A DNA stretch of 32,920 nucleotides from a virus (taxonomy: Duplodnaviria; Caudoviricetes): positions 1-32,920 of IMG/VR virus record IMGVR_UViG_3300020045_003040; one strand, written 5' to 3'. The stretch's first letter is position 1. Every line of letters begins with the position of its first letter. Made by a program: the position numbers and the translations under genes. Positions 1 through 8,439 of this stretch are shown one piece after another. The notes beneath the pieces are model-generated. The model had not been told where the DNA came from, searched no databases, and was given only the letters and a program-made list of their open reading frames with translations.

Positions 1-12
1 CGTGGTGGTGAG

Positions 13-372
13 ATGAAATATACCGAGAAAGATCAGTTGCGTGAAAAGCTGGTGGAACTCGAAGCCACCATCGCAGCACAAGCCCAGCAGATCGTGGAGC
101 AGCAGGCGAGGATTGAGCGATACCGTTCAGCCGTATTCAAAATGGCTACAACACCTGCTGATACCTATGTGGATGATACAGCGTGGGCTGCATCTCTTTA
201 TCGAGCTGTAGGAAGTCTCTACAACATGGAGTACGACAACCTTCCAGCCCTCGCCGCCCACGATGCCAAGAAGCGGAAGGAAGTGCTGGAGGAAGCGGCA
301 AAGCGAATAGACGGTTCTGCTGTTTGCCGGTGCGCATACCATATCAGAAGCATGGCGCAGGAAGGAGAATAG
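13..372 (+). CDS. hypothetical phage early protein (coiled-coil N-terminus), in the AT-richer left fragment
   Basis: 119-aa ORF with GGTGAG upstream; ends EVLEEAAK...IRSMAQEGE, a style common in small phage early genes. Confidence 0.6.
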   Translation: MKYTEKDQLREKLVELEATIAAQAQQIVEQQARIERYRSAVFKMATTPADTYVDDTAWAASLYRAVGSLYNMEYDNLPALAAHDAKKRKEVLEEAAKRIDGSAVCRCAYHIRSMAQEGE

Positions 373-1026
373 AAGATGTTTTTTACAGTATCGAAAGGTA
401 TTAAGGACTTCTGCGAGCATGGCTTCTGCCATCGTTACAAAATCGTTCCTGGCTTTTAACATCCAATCGTGAACATCATCCAATGAATCCAATCCACTTT
501 CTTTCATGAATTCAAACTTCTTCGAATTGCTCATCAATTCACCACGCTTTAATTCATTGCGAAGAACCTCATGCCAGCCGTCAGGGATGCGAGGTGCGGA
601 CCGGTAAAGTGGGAACACATCCTTATCGTCTTTGTATTGTGGAGACACCTGTTCAACTTGGTTAATCTGATCTCCAGCGGATATGGATTCCACAAAATAC
701 CCGACTTGCTCGCCTTGGGCTTCCAGTTCTTTGATGCGTTCTGCCAGCACTCCAACAGCTTCATGCAGTTCATACTGTGCATCTGTATTTTTAAGTTCTG
801 GGATATGGTTCCAACAGTGTTTTTCATCTGCTGCATATAAGGCATTCTCCAGTTCCAGTTCCGCGATACGCTGGCGGAGTTGGGTGATTTCGGCATCCTT
901 GTCCAATTGCAACGGTTCGTTGAGCAATGGTTTAGTCCACTTGCACGAACATAATGGGCCAGCGTAGCCAACAACCATATTGGAAGGAAAAATTGCCCCT
1001 CCACAGTATTCGCATATCCTGTTCAT
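127..1026 (-). CDS. hypothetical phage protein (CxxC N-terminus, coiled coil); native part probably only ~395-1026, C-terminal tail likely read-through across a junction
   Basis: GGAGG RBS before ATG at 1026; protein-like up to AEAMLAEVLNT, then runs 246 nt antisense into ORF 13..372. Confidence 0.5.
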   Translation of the reverse strand: MNRICEYCGGAIFPSNMVVGYAGPLCSCKWTKPLLNEPLQLDKDAEITQLRQRIAELELENALYAADEKHCWNHIPELKNTDAQYELHEAVGVLAERIKELEAQGEQVGYFVESISAGDQINQVEQVSPQYKDDKDVFPLYRSAPRIPDGWHEVLRNELKRGELMSNSKKFEFMKESGLDSLDDVHDWMLKARNDFVTMAEAMLAEVLNTFRYCKKHLLFSFLRHASDMVCAPANSRTVYSLCRFLQHFLPLLGIVGGEGWKVVVLHVVETSYSSIKRCSPRCIIHIGISRCCSHFEYG

Positions 1027-1027
1027 T

Positions 1028-1198
1028 TCATCCTCCCAATTTCAGCAGCAAGCCTTGTTCCAGCGGCACGTCGAGCGGCTTGTTTGTGGTGTGATCGAGC
1101 GCGCCGACGCTGACATAGGTTGCCGAGGTAAGACTGTTGTGCGCCGTCGATGAAGGTGTTGCGGCTTTGGTGCCAACGATTGAGGTGACAGTAGCCAT
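1028..1198 (-). pseudogene. truncated/chimeric virion protein gene (56 aa, MATVTSIVGTKAATPSSTAHNSLTSATYVSVGALDHTTNKPLDVPLE|QGLLLKLGG)
   Basis: Translated by hand; starts right after the stop of 1200..1589; Thr/Ser-rich virion-like N-terminus ends abruptly where base composition changes. Confidence 0.5.
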
Positions 1199-1199
1199 A

Positions 1200-1589
1200 T
1201 CAGCGGCCCTCCATTGCGGCGGAAACCATCTGCGAGGTGATTACGTCCGGAACCACGGCCAACACCTTGATTGCGTCCGCGTCGTCCGGTGACAGGATGC
1301 CCGCCTCTGCCATGCCGTCGAGTTGCGCGCGGGTTGATGCCAGCGACACGTCCAGTTCGCCCTTGTCGAGCAAGTGCATGGCCCATTTGATGACGCTGTT
1401 TTGCGCGCTGAGTGCGCTGAGTGTATCGAGCAGCGCCGCGCCGCCTTCCGGGCCAATGGCTTCTAGCACCGCGCCGATACCAATCATGCGCGTTTCTAGA
1501 CGGGTGCGGCCCACGGACAGCGCATCGGCAAGCGCGCCGTGGTCGCCCAAGGGTAGCCCAAGGGCGATGATTTCATCGTAAAGGCTCAT
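1200..1589 (-). CDS. hypothetical phage protein (late operon)
   Basis: 129-aa ORF, ATGA-coupled to the upstream gene, same strand as head genes. Confidence 0.7.
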   Translation of the reverse strand: MSLYDEIIALGLPLGDHGALADALSVGRTRLETRMIGIGAVLEAIGPEGGAALLDTLSALSAQNSVIKWAMHLLDKGELDVSLASTRAQLDGMAEAGILSPDDADAIKVLAVVPDVITSQMVSAAMEGR

Positions 1590-1867
1590 TCACCCAACTC
1601 AGCGTTAAATGGTTCTTCGAATGTGGCGCTGGCCGCGCAATGGCCCCGCCCGAATATGCCGTCGATCCATGCCGCGCCAATGACGCCCCACCGCTTGCCC
1701 CGCGCCGCCGCCCAGCCCATCAGGCCGGAGATTGACCGGCGCGGGTTGGGTTTGAGAACGGCGAACGCGATGTAGATAGGCGAGGTGATGAACGTCAGCA
1801 CAAACAGGTCAACCGCCAGCGCCAGTGCGATCAGGCAAACGATGGTGCGGTTGAGCAGGTGGCGCAT
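1586..1867 (-). CDS. phage membrane protein (N-terminal hydrophobic helix, SIS...GKRW...ID.IF..GHC motif)
   Basis: 93 aa; hydrophobic stretch IVCLIALALAVDLFVLTFITSPIYIAFAVL; in operon. Confidence 0.65.
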   Translation of the reverse strand: MRHLLNRTIVCLIALALAVDLFVLTFITSPIYIAFAVLKPNPRRSISGLMGWAAARGKRWGVIGAAWIDGIFGRGHCAASATFEEPFNAELGE

Positions 1868-1870
1868 CGA

Positions 1871-2296
1871 TCAATGCCCGTAAGTGGCGGAGGAAAGCGT
1901 CCAGGCGGTTATGGCCACGGGTTGTCCCGATGTCGTTGGCCCAACCGTAATATCGCAGCCCGATACGCCCGCGCTGAAATCAATCACGCCGTTTGTGGAC
2001 CCATCGCCCGCCGAAGTGCAAACGCGCGCCCATGTCGCCTGATTGCTGGACGAGGCGTTGACGTTTGACGGCAGCGTTGGCGACAGCACCGATGGCAGCG
2101 CCGTGGTCGCGCCCGCTGCAAACGGGGTGCCGAGCGTAAACGGTCCCGCCACCAGCGTCAGGGCATGGGTGGTGCCCGGTCCCGCTGGCTGTGTCCCGGT
2201 AAACAGGTACAGCTTGCCGCCGTTGCCCACCGCCGTGGTGATTGCGTCCATGCGGGCTTTCTCAAGCGCGGCGGAATAGTTCAGTTTGCTTGCCAT
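1871..2296 (-). CDS. putative virion structural protein (Gly/Thr/Ala-rich, beta-type)
   Basis: 141 aa, GGAG RBS; MDAITTAVGNGGKLYLFTGTQP...ATWARV pattern typical of small phage structural proteins. Confidence 0.7.
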   Translation of the reverse strand: MASKLNYSAALEKARMDAITTAVGNGGKLYLFTGTQPAGPGTTHALTLVAGPFTLGTPFAAGATTALPSVLSPTLPSNVNASSSNQATWARVCTSAGDGSTNGVIDFSAGVSGCDITVGPTTSGQPVAITAWTLSSATYGH

Positions 2297-2316
2297 ATTA
2301 TTGCTCCGTCAATGCG

Positions 2317-2559
2317 CTACAGGCTGGCGCGTGTGGTGGTGTTGGGGATGTCATCACTCTGATTGTCGGGCCGCGCATTGGGCAGCGGGACGCCCTCAGG
2401 CTTGACGTGAGGCGGGGAATATTGTGGCGGCTTGGGATCGTAGTCCTTGGTGCAAACCATCAGGCCATCCCACGCCTTACGCAGTTGGCGCAGGGGGAAT
2501 TCGAAGCCACACCGATCACAACAAGCCTTAGCGCCGCCTGAGATATACATGGGCGGCAT
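2317..2559 (-). CDS. conserved Cys-rich phage protein (CDRCG...WDGLMVC..DYDPKPPQ), probable Zn-binding virion/assembly factor
   Basis: 80 aa, AAGG RBS, directly after the capsid terminator. Confidence 0.7.
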   Translation of the reverse strand: MPPMYISGGAKACCDRCGFEFPLRQLRKAWDGLMVCTKDYDPKPPQYSPPHVKPEGVPLPNARPDNQSDDIPNTTTRASL

Positions 2560-2574
2560 CCTTTGAATGGGGTT

Positions 2575-2599
2575 GCCCCGCCTTTATGAGGCGCGGGGC
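2575..2599 (-). terminator. GC-rich hairpin downstream of the major capsid gene (probable partial terminator)
   Basis: GCCCCGCGCCT-cata-AAGGCGGGGC stem-loop in the 2560-2621 intergenic gap; U-tract weak. Confidence 0.45.
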
Positions 2600-2621
2600 G
2601 TTCCTTTAGTCTATGGGCTTA

Positions 2622-3536
2622 TCAAGCGCCCGCGCTGCCGTAGATGCCCCGGAAATCACCCCAACCGGGGATATAGCGTTCCGTGGCCTTGGCTTTGGCG
2701 TTCTCGGTGTCGAAGTCGTTGTCCTGCTTGAACTCCATCGCGCGCCGCTGGAATGACAGCAGCCCGTAAGGCAGATCGGTGGTCAGGAACCATGCGTCGG
2801 TGTCGGTCAGATACGGGTCCATCACGATCTGATCGACCACGCCCCGGACCTTCAACGCGTTGACGTTGTTGGTGCTGGTGGAGTCGGTCTTGGCCCCGCT
2901 CTGGAGATCGCTCTCCAGAATACGCATGGCATTAGCCCATTCGCTCGGGTGGATAATCAGCGTCTTGGGTTTGGCCCCGACGACAATCCCGCGCGCATTG
3001 GCCATTGTCATGATTGCAGTTGCCGCGCTTTCCAGCGCCACTTCCGACAAATCCGCCGCCGTCAGCAGGTTCGATTGGTTGCCCGAGGCGGTTGGGTGCG
3101 AAGCCGAAAACAGCGCCACCCCATCACCGCCAAGGTACGAACCGGAGAACCCGCGATTGAGGATGTTCGCGTGAACGATGCACTTGGTGGCATTCATCGA
3201 TCGCGCCAGTTCTGCCGAGCGCCGTTCGGACAGGCTCTTGTACTGGTTATCCTCCAGCGCCTCACGCGTCACGATATAGCCGAGGCCATAAGTGACGTTG
3301 GTAAAACGCGTCTTGTAGCCTTCGCCGTCCGTATCGTACTGGATCGACGCGCCTTCCGCCTTGGCCGCAGCCAGACCAAATCCGGTGACTTCGGCGATTT
3401 CTTCATACGCCTTGTCGCTGGTTTCCATCTGGAAATAGCTTTCGAACGGCTTCGGCAGTTCTTTGTATTTGTTACCGAACCAAGCATAAATGCCGGGCCA
3501 AAGCGAAGACGGGTGAGTTGAACGAGAAATAGGCAT
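2622..3536 (-). CDS. major capsid protein (HK97 fold, Mu gpT-like family)
   Basis: 304 aa, GGAG RBS; SDKAYEE...GFGLA..K.EG, GGDGVALFSASHP, PYLTDTDAWFL, DFDTENAKAKATERY..GWGDFRG motifs; downstream of scaffold. Confidence 0.9.
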   Translation of the reverse strand: MPISRSTHPSSLWPGIYAWFGNKYKELPKPFESYFQMETSDKAYEEIAEVTGFGLAAAKAEGASIQYDTDGEGYKTRFTNVTYGLGYIVTREALEDNQYKSLSERRSAELARSMNATKCIVHANILNRGFSGSYLGGDGVALFSASHPTASGNQSNLLTAADLSEVALESAATAIMTMANARGIVVGAKPKTLIIHPSEWANAMRILESDLQSGAKTDSTSTNNVNALKVRGVVDQIVMDPYLTDTDAWFLTTDLPYGLLSFQRRAMEFKQDNDFDTENAKAKATERYIPGWGDFRGIYGSAGA

Positions 3537-3551
3537 AATCCGTCTCCCTAA

Positions 3552-4130
3552 TTAAACGCCGGTTGTACCGGCATCGGGTGATTCAGTGGCTTCGATCAGG
3601 CCAACCATCCAAACGGTGGAAGTGGTACCAATCGTGTTGTTCACGCGCTGGCCTTGGCCAATAACGCGAACGCCTGCGGTTGTTGTCGCTGCGGTCGAAC
3701 TGTCGAGCATGTAGCCCGAAAGTTTGGTGTAGGTGCTGCCGGTGCCTGCAACCAGATCGACGTTATTGCCGATATTGGTGACAGCCAGAAAGCCGCCTAC
3801 GCCATCCTCGTTCGCTTCGAAAAGCAAAGCTGGATCGTCCGCGACAAGGACGTTATCAAGCGTCGAGGCAGGGCGATAACCCAACCGCAGGCCGGTGTCC
3901 GTGGTAACGCCGGGGACAGGCGCAAAGCCGACCACAACGCCTGTGATGCGCGCGCCAGCGGCGGAGCGCGTCACAGTAGAAACGCCATCCGCATCACCGG
4001 AACCGGCGATAATCACCGGGTCGCCAATGAAGAGGGCAGTACCGTCCGAGGCGGGAACACTGTACATGTTCGCAGCCCCATTATAAGGTGCGCCGCTTTT
4101 GTAGCGCACCGGGCGAAGTCCAAATGGCAT
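3552..4130 (-). CDS. putative capsid decoration/stabilising protein
   Basis: 192 aa, GGAGG RBS; PFGLRPV...IGDPV...GVVVG...VADDP.LLFE pattern immediately upstream of the MCP. Confidence 0.7.
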   Translation of the reverse strand: MPFGLRPVRYKSGAPYNGAANMYSVPASDGTALFIGDPVIIAGSGDADGVSTVTRSAAGARITGVVVGFAPVPGVTTDTGLRLGYRPASTLDNVLVADDPALLFEANEDGVGGFLAVTNIGNNVDLVAGTGSTYTKLSGYMLDSSTAATTTAGVRVIGQGQRVNNTIGTTSTVWMVGLIEATESPDAGTTGV

Positions 4131-4141
4131 GATTGCCTCCG

Positions 4142-4570
4142 TTATATTTTGTTGCCTGGAACCGAGTACACCTCGGCCCCTTGTTCAACGGCTTGCGCCG
4201 CATCGGGACGGGAAAGTTGGGCGTTGACGGTATCGTCGATGCGCGCCAGCTTTTTGGCGCGATCCTCGGCCATGAAGCGCTTTGGCTTCATCAAGAGGTA
4301 TTGTTTCATCGCTTGCCCCGCGCGGCCAATCCCGCCGTGGATAGGGTCGAGATCGGGAACCTTGTCCCAATCGTCGTTCTGGGTGAGTTGCTGTATCCGG
4401 CCCTCGTCGTCGCGGCCCCAGCGGAATTCCATATCCGGGTGGGCTTTGATGACGCTGGCAGGAATGGCCAACTTCACACTGGTTCCGCCAGTTCTGCGGC
4501 GGCGCTCGGTTTTCGTCGTTTCGTCCCTGCTTGGACGGCCCGGACGGCGGGATTCCTGTTCGGCGATCAT
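4142..4570 (-). CDS. conserved head-module hypothetical protein
   Basis: 142 aa, TAATG-coupled to scaffold; EFRW.RD..GRI...WDKV and YLLMKPK motifs. Confidence 0.75.
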   Translation of the reverse strand: MIAEQESRRPGRPSRDETTKTERRRRTGGTSVKLAIPASVIKAHPDMEFRWGRDDEGRIQQLTQNDDWDKVPDLDPIHGGIGRAGQAMKQYLLMKPKRFMAEDRAKKLARIDDTVNAQLSRPDAAQAVEQGAEVYSVPGNKI

Positions 4571-5346
4571 TATACGCCTCCTTGGTCATAATAGATTTTG
4601 GCGTATTCCTCGCGGCTGCACACTTTCCGGTTCTCGTATTCGATAGCGGCTTTTTGCACATCGGCGGGGAGCGAGGTGAAACCCTTCTTGACCTGCGGCG
4701 CACCACCGCGCGGGCCGGGGCGGTTCAGGTCCGGGCCTTTCTGCGGAGTTGGTGCCACGGGGAACAGGTCGGGAAACAGTTGCTTGGCTTCACGTTCGAC
4801 AATCGAAACCTGCCGCGCCGCGCCCAAACCTTGCGCGCTCAATTCGCCCGCGCGGTTGATTGCCCAGCGGGTGGCCTCGTCGTCCGAGTTGAACCACTTG
4901 TTACGCGCCGCGAAGTCCTGAACTTCGGGATCGAGTGGCACGGGGACATGGAGTGTTTCCAGCTTCCTGTCCGCGCGGTTGAACGCGTCAGCATCGCCAA
5001 TCTCGAAGGCTTCCTGCTTTTCGGCCAAAACCCTTTCGCGCTCGGTGCGAATTGCCTGCTCAGCAATCGTCGCGCTGGTCCGGGCCATGTGCGAGACTTG
5101 CTCTTCAAGCCCCTTCAATTTGCCCGACAGGTTGCGGTTGACATCAACCGTGCGCCGCATGAATTCATCGGACGGCTTCCACTTGTCGGGGTCGCCCTTC
5201 CATTGTTCCTGCGGCTTCCATCCCATTTCGCTTGCAAGGTCATCGACCGAAACGGGCTGAACTTCTGCCTCCTCTACAGGAGCCTCTACCAGCGCTTCCA
5301 CGCCTTCTTCCTGCCCTGCCTGCGCAAGGTTGTCGTCGTCATCCAT
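4570..5346 (-). CDS. putative capsid scaffolding protein
   Basis: 258 aa; acidic N-terminus, MGWKPQEQWKGDPDKW motif, coiled coil, helical C-terminus (SREEYAKIYY); between portal and MCP. Confidence 0.75.
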   Translation of the reverse strand: MDDDDNLAQAGQEEGVEALVEAPVEEAEVQPVSVDDLASEMGWKPQEQWKGDPDKWKPSDEFMRRTVDVNRNLSGKLKGLEEQVSHMARTSATIAEQAIRTERERVLAEKQEAFEIGDADAFNRADRKLETLHVPVPLDPEVQDFAARNKWFNSDDEATRWAINRAGELSAQGLGAARQVSIVEREAKQLFPDLFPVAPTPQKGPDLNRPGPRGGAPQVKKGFTSLPADVQKAAIEYENRKVCSREEYAKIYYDQGGV

Positions 5347-5403
5347 TGTGGAGTTTCCTAGCCCTCTAGCGGGCCGCTAATTCCCGACTGCCGGGAAAAC
5401 TGG

Positions 5404-5898
5404 TTATTTGTACGCCGCCGTGAAATGCAGTTCGGTCGACGTGCCTGCGGTGGTCGGGATGGCAATGTCATCGGTTGTGTACGCCCACGAAATGCCAGTC
5501 GCGAAGGCAATGCCGAGGTTGCTCAGATTGATGTCACGCACCGATGCCCCCAACAGCGGAATAGTCATCACCGGGGTATCGGTCGAAAGTGTCGGCGCGG
5601 TGGCCTTGTTGTACAGGTGCAGATAGCGCGCCGCCGCGTTCACATTGTACGCGGTCAGGGTGTAAACCTGCCCTGCCGACGCCTTGATGACGCCAGACGT
5701 GCCGGTGACGACACGCGACAGGCTCAAACCGCCCGATGTCGCTGGCTTGGTGACGACAAACGCGCCCGTGGCATCGCCCAGCGCCGAGCCATCGGACGCC
5801 ACCTGTTGCACAGCCTGCACATAGGCCGCATGGCCATCCGAGGCTGACAGTCTGGTGCCAATAAAGGCATCATTCTTGGTAAAGCGATCAGCAGCCAT
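5404..5898 (-). CDS. putative virion accessory protein (beta-sandwich-like C-terminal domain)
   Basis: 164 aa; IKASAGQVY...NAAARYLHLYNKATAPT.STDTPVMTIP...GIAFATGI pattern. Confidence 0.65.
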   Translation of the reverse strand: MAADRFTKNDAFIGTRLSASDGHAAYVQAVQQVASDGSALGDATGAFVVTKPATSGGLSLSRVVTGTSGVIKASAGQVYTLTAYNVNAAARYLHLYNKATAPTLSTDTPVMTIPLLGASVRDINLSNLGIAFATGISWAYTTDDIAIPTTAGTSTELHFTAAYK

Positions 5899-6223
5899 CG
5901 AAAATACCCTTCAGTTCTTCGTCCTTGATGACGCGGTATTTGCGCTTGTCCGCGCCTTCGAATTCGGTCCCGGCATAACGCTGGAACAGGACCACATCGC
6001 CCGGAACCGGCGGTTTTGCCAAACCCCAGTCGCCGCCCTGAAACGCCATTGGCGAGACGGCGATAACCCGCCCGCGCTCGCTGGCCCCGTCCTCGCGGTC
6101 CTTGTGCGCGCTGGGCAGGATAATGCCGCCCGCCGTGCGCTCTTCCAGCACGTCCAGCGCCACCAACAGGCCGTAATGCGTTGGCTTCAAGCCGGGGTTG
6201 CACTCTTCAAGCTTCGGAATCAT
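5888..6223 (-). CDS. groES: co-chaperonin GroES (Cpn10) family protein, phage-encoded
   Basis: 111 aa; LKP....LV, mobile loop EERTAGGIILP, GRVIAV, PGDVVLFQRYAGTE, YRVIKDEELKGI match Cpn10 consensus. Confidence 0.9.
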   Translation of the reverse strand: MIPKLEECNPGLKPTHYGLLVALDVLEERTAGGIILPSAHKDREDGASERGRVIAVSPMAFQGGDWGLAKPPVPGDVVLFQRYAGTEFEGADKRKYRVIKDEELKGIFDGC

Positions 6224-6446
6224 CTATTGCCTTCCAGTCTTCAAATGACGAATGCGGCAGGGCTAGATAACAATCCGCCCGAACCCGCGCCTCGTTGAAA
6301 ATCGCCGGATCAAGCTGGCCCTCTTGCCATGCCAGATCAGCCCATTTGGCCTTTTGCCCGTTCGCCGCCTTCACACATTGCGCGAAAATCCATTCGGTGA
6401 CGGGGTGGCCCATCCAGTCCTTGAACTCGTCAGGCTGCGGCTGCAT
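6207..6446 (-). CDS. conserved small protein between portal and groES
   Basis: 79 aa; EFKDW..HPVT motif; overlaps both neighbours. Confidence 0.7.
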   Translation of the reverse strand: MQPQPDEFKDWMGHPVTEWIFAQCVKAANGQKAKWADLAWQEGQLDPAIFNEARVRADCYLALPHSSFEDWKAIDDSEA

Positions 6447-8439
6447 GACCGGCCATCAATGCGTCGAGTTGCTGCTGCTGCGTGTCCATATGCACCGTCG
6501 CCATGATCGCTTGTGCCTCGGCTACGGCCTTGTCGGTCTTGGCCTTGGTTTCATCGACCTTGGCCGCTTCCCCCGCCAGTTTGATCTCGCCCGCCTTGGC
6601 CAGCATCGGATCAGGGCCGCGCTCGGGCAGCAACTTGTCGATGTCGTCAATGCCCGCCGCATCATACGCCCGGCGCAGAGCCTCGCGGACATCACCGCCC
6701 GCCGCCTGCAAGGTTTCAACCGTCCCCAGCACAAATTGCGCCCGCGACAGGCGCTGCATCTGAGTCACGCTGTTCGGGTCCGAAACCGGGCGAATATCCA
6801 TGTTCGCGCCATTGAAGTCGGCTGCAAAATCGGCCTGCGGATCATCGAGCAATTCCGCGTAGTCCTTGGCGGTTTCTTCCGTGCCGAACTTGCCGATATT
6901 CTCATACAGCAGCGTGAATTCCGCCTTTAACCCGCGATATACGCGCTTGTAGATCGCGGTGAACACCTGCAACCCCTGTTCGATCATCGCCAGCGTGGTG
7001 CCCACTTGGCCGGTGTTCGACGCATCGCCCGACAGCACATCCTTGATTGACGCGATGTCTTTGGCCGCGCCCAAGATCAGGTCCAGCAACTGGAACATCA
7101 CCGGGGAAACGGTCGGGAATGTCCGCTCGACAATGCCCTCGCGCAATGCCGCGCCGCTAACCGCCACCGTCTTGTATTCGCCCGGTTGCCATTTCAAGGC
7201 CGATGACTGCCCCGCGCCCTGTATCCGCAAGCCCGAGGCGATGAACCCGCCGCCCGCCGTCGCAGCATGGCTGGCGTCAAGCATCTGGTTGACAATCGTA
7301 TTGATGACTTCGCTGTACTGCTCCAGCATGTGCGCCAGCCCGACGTTGTAGAACTTACCTTCGGGATGCGGCAGGAATTCGTATTTCACATAAAACCGGC
7401 GGCGCGTGATATAGGCCACCCGGTCCTTGGCGATCTTGACATCATCCGCCGTAAAATCAGGCACGACACGCAGGATATGGCGGTCCTTGTGATCGACCGT
7501 CACCACGTAAGGCTCGGGCATCCCGTCGCCGTCGAGGTCGTAATGGCACTGCTGTTCGATCAACAGACGCGGGGCCTTGTCGTCCTGGGCAATATCCATG
7601 TCCCGGTAACGCCCGGTCGCAATGTCGCGCTTGATCTGGTGCGGGTACACCCCGTCAATCCGCTCGGTGATCTGCGGCGCATCCTCCAGCGTCCGCGCAT
7701 CGTTATGCACCACCAGATTGATCGCGGGCACAAATACCGAATGCTGCTTGCCCTCGGACGACCACACCTTGCGGAACGCGCAGCCGATGGCCGCCAACTG
7801 GAATATCAGCGCGTCGGTGTCGCCTTCCCAATTGTCCATGCCATAGAACAGGCATGAATTCATGTAATCGCGCACCCGGCCCGCGCGCTTTGCCTTGGCT
7901 CCCGGCTCGCGATCCCACATCGGTTCGGGCTGCATGTCGGGTGGCACCGGCATTGGCCCTTGCGGGGTGATTGCTACCGGGCCTTGCGGGGTTATGACAA
8001 TCGGAATGCCCTTGATCTGCATCAGGGGTTGACCGTTCGGGCCTTGCTTGGGCAGTCCCTTGTCCGCGCCCACCACCTTGACCGCGACCGCCTCGTCACC
8101 CTTGACGATGGCTGGATAGGCGCGCGCGTTGAACTGCATCACCGCATAGGGCAGCAGCGGGTAATGGACGTTGGAAGCCTTGGCCCACGGATAGTCCTTG
8201 GTGCCGAAATCGCACTTGGCCATGTCAGCCAGCGCCTTCTCCGCCACCTTCTGCCAGTCCTCGCGGCTCGCCAGATCGCGGTCGTAGTTGTCGCACACTT
8301 CTTGGCCAAGCCGCGCCAACTGATCATCGCTCAGTAGTTCAGAAATGTCGGCATCCATCTCGGACGCCTTGAGCAGAAACGCCACCGCCGACAATGCGTC
8401 GGTCGGGGCCTCAATAGCCGGTTGTGCTGGATCGTCCAT
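6430..8439 (-). CDS. portal protein (P22-like, long helical C-terminus)
   Basis: Start taken at ATG 8439 (669 aa); directly after TerL; YPWAKASNVHYPLL...QFNARAYP, GCAFRKVW, YDLDGDG.PEPYVVT motifs. Confidence 0.88.
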   Translation of the reverse strand: MDDPAQPAIEAPTDALSAVAFLLKASEMDADISELLSDDQLARLGQEVCDNYDRDLASREDWQKVAEKALADMAKCDFGTKDYPWAKASNVHYPLLPYAVMQFNARAYPAIVKGDEAVAVKVVGADKGLPKQGPNGQPLMQIKGIPIVITPQGPVAITPQGPMPVPPDMQPEPMWDREPGAKAKRAGRVRDYMNSCLFYGMDNWEGDTDALIFQLAAIGCAFRKVWSSEGKQHSVFVPAINLVVHNDARTLEDAPQITERIDGVYPHQIKRDIATGRYRDMDIAQDDKAPRLLIEQQCHYDLDGDGMPEPYVVTVDHKDRHILRVVPDFTADDVKIAKDRVAYITRRRFYVKYEFLPHPEGKFYNVGLAHMLEQYSEVINTIVNQMLDASHAATAGGGFIASGLRIQGAGQSSALKWQPGEYKTVAVSGAALREGIVERTFPTVSPVMFQLLDLILGAAKDIASIKDVLSGDASNTGQVGTTLAMIEQGLQVFTAIYKRVYRGLKAEFTLLYENIGKFGTEETAKDYAELLDDPQADFAADFNGANMDIRPVSDPNSVTQMQRLSRAQFVLGTVETLQAAGGDVREALRRAYDAAGIDDIDKLLPERGPDPMLAKAGEIKLAGEAAKVDETKAKTDKAVAEAQAIMATVHMDTQQQQLDALMAGHAAAA

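Noticed and set aside
3654-5361. Long plus-strand ORFs (330 and 276 aa) opposite the head genes
   Set aside because: Antisense shadows of well-supported minus-strand genes in high-GC DNA; no RBS or domain signal.
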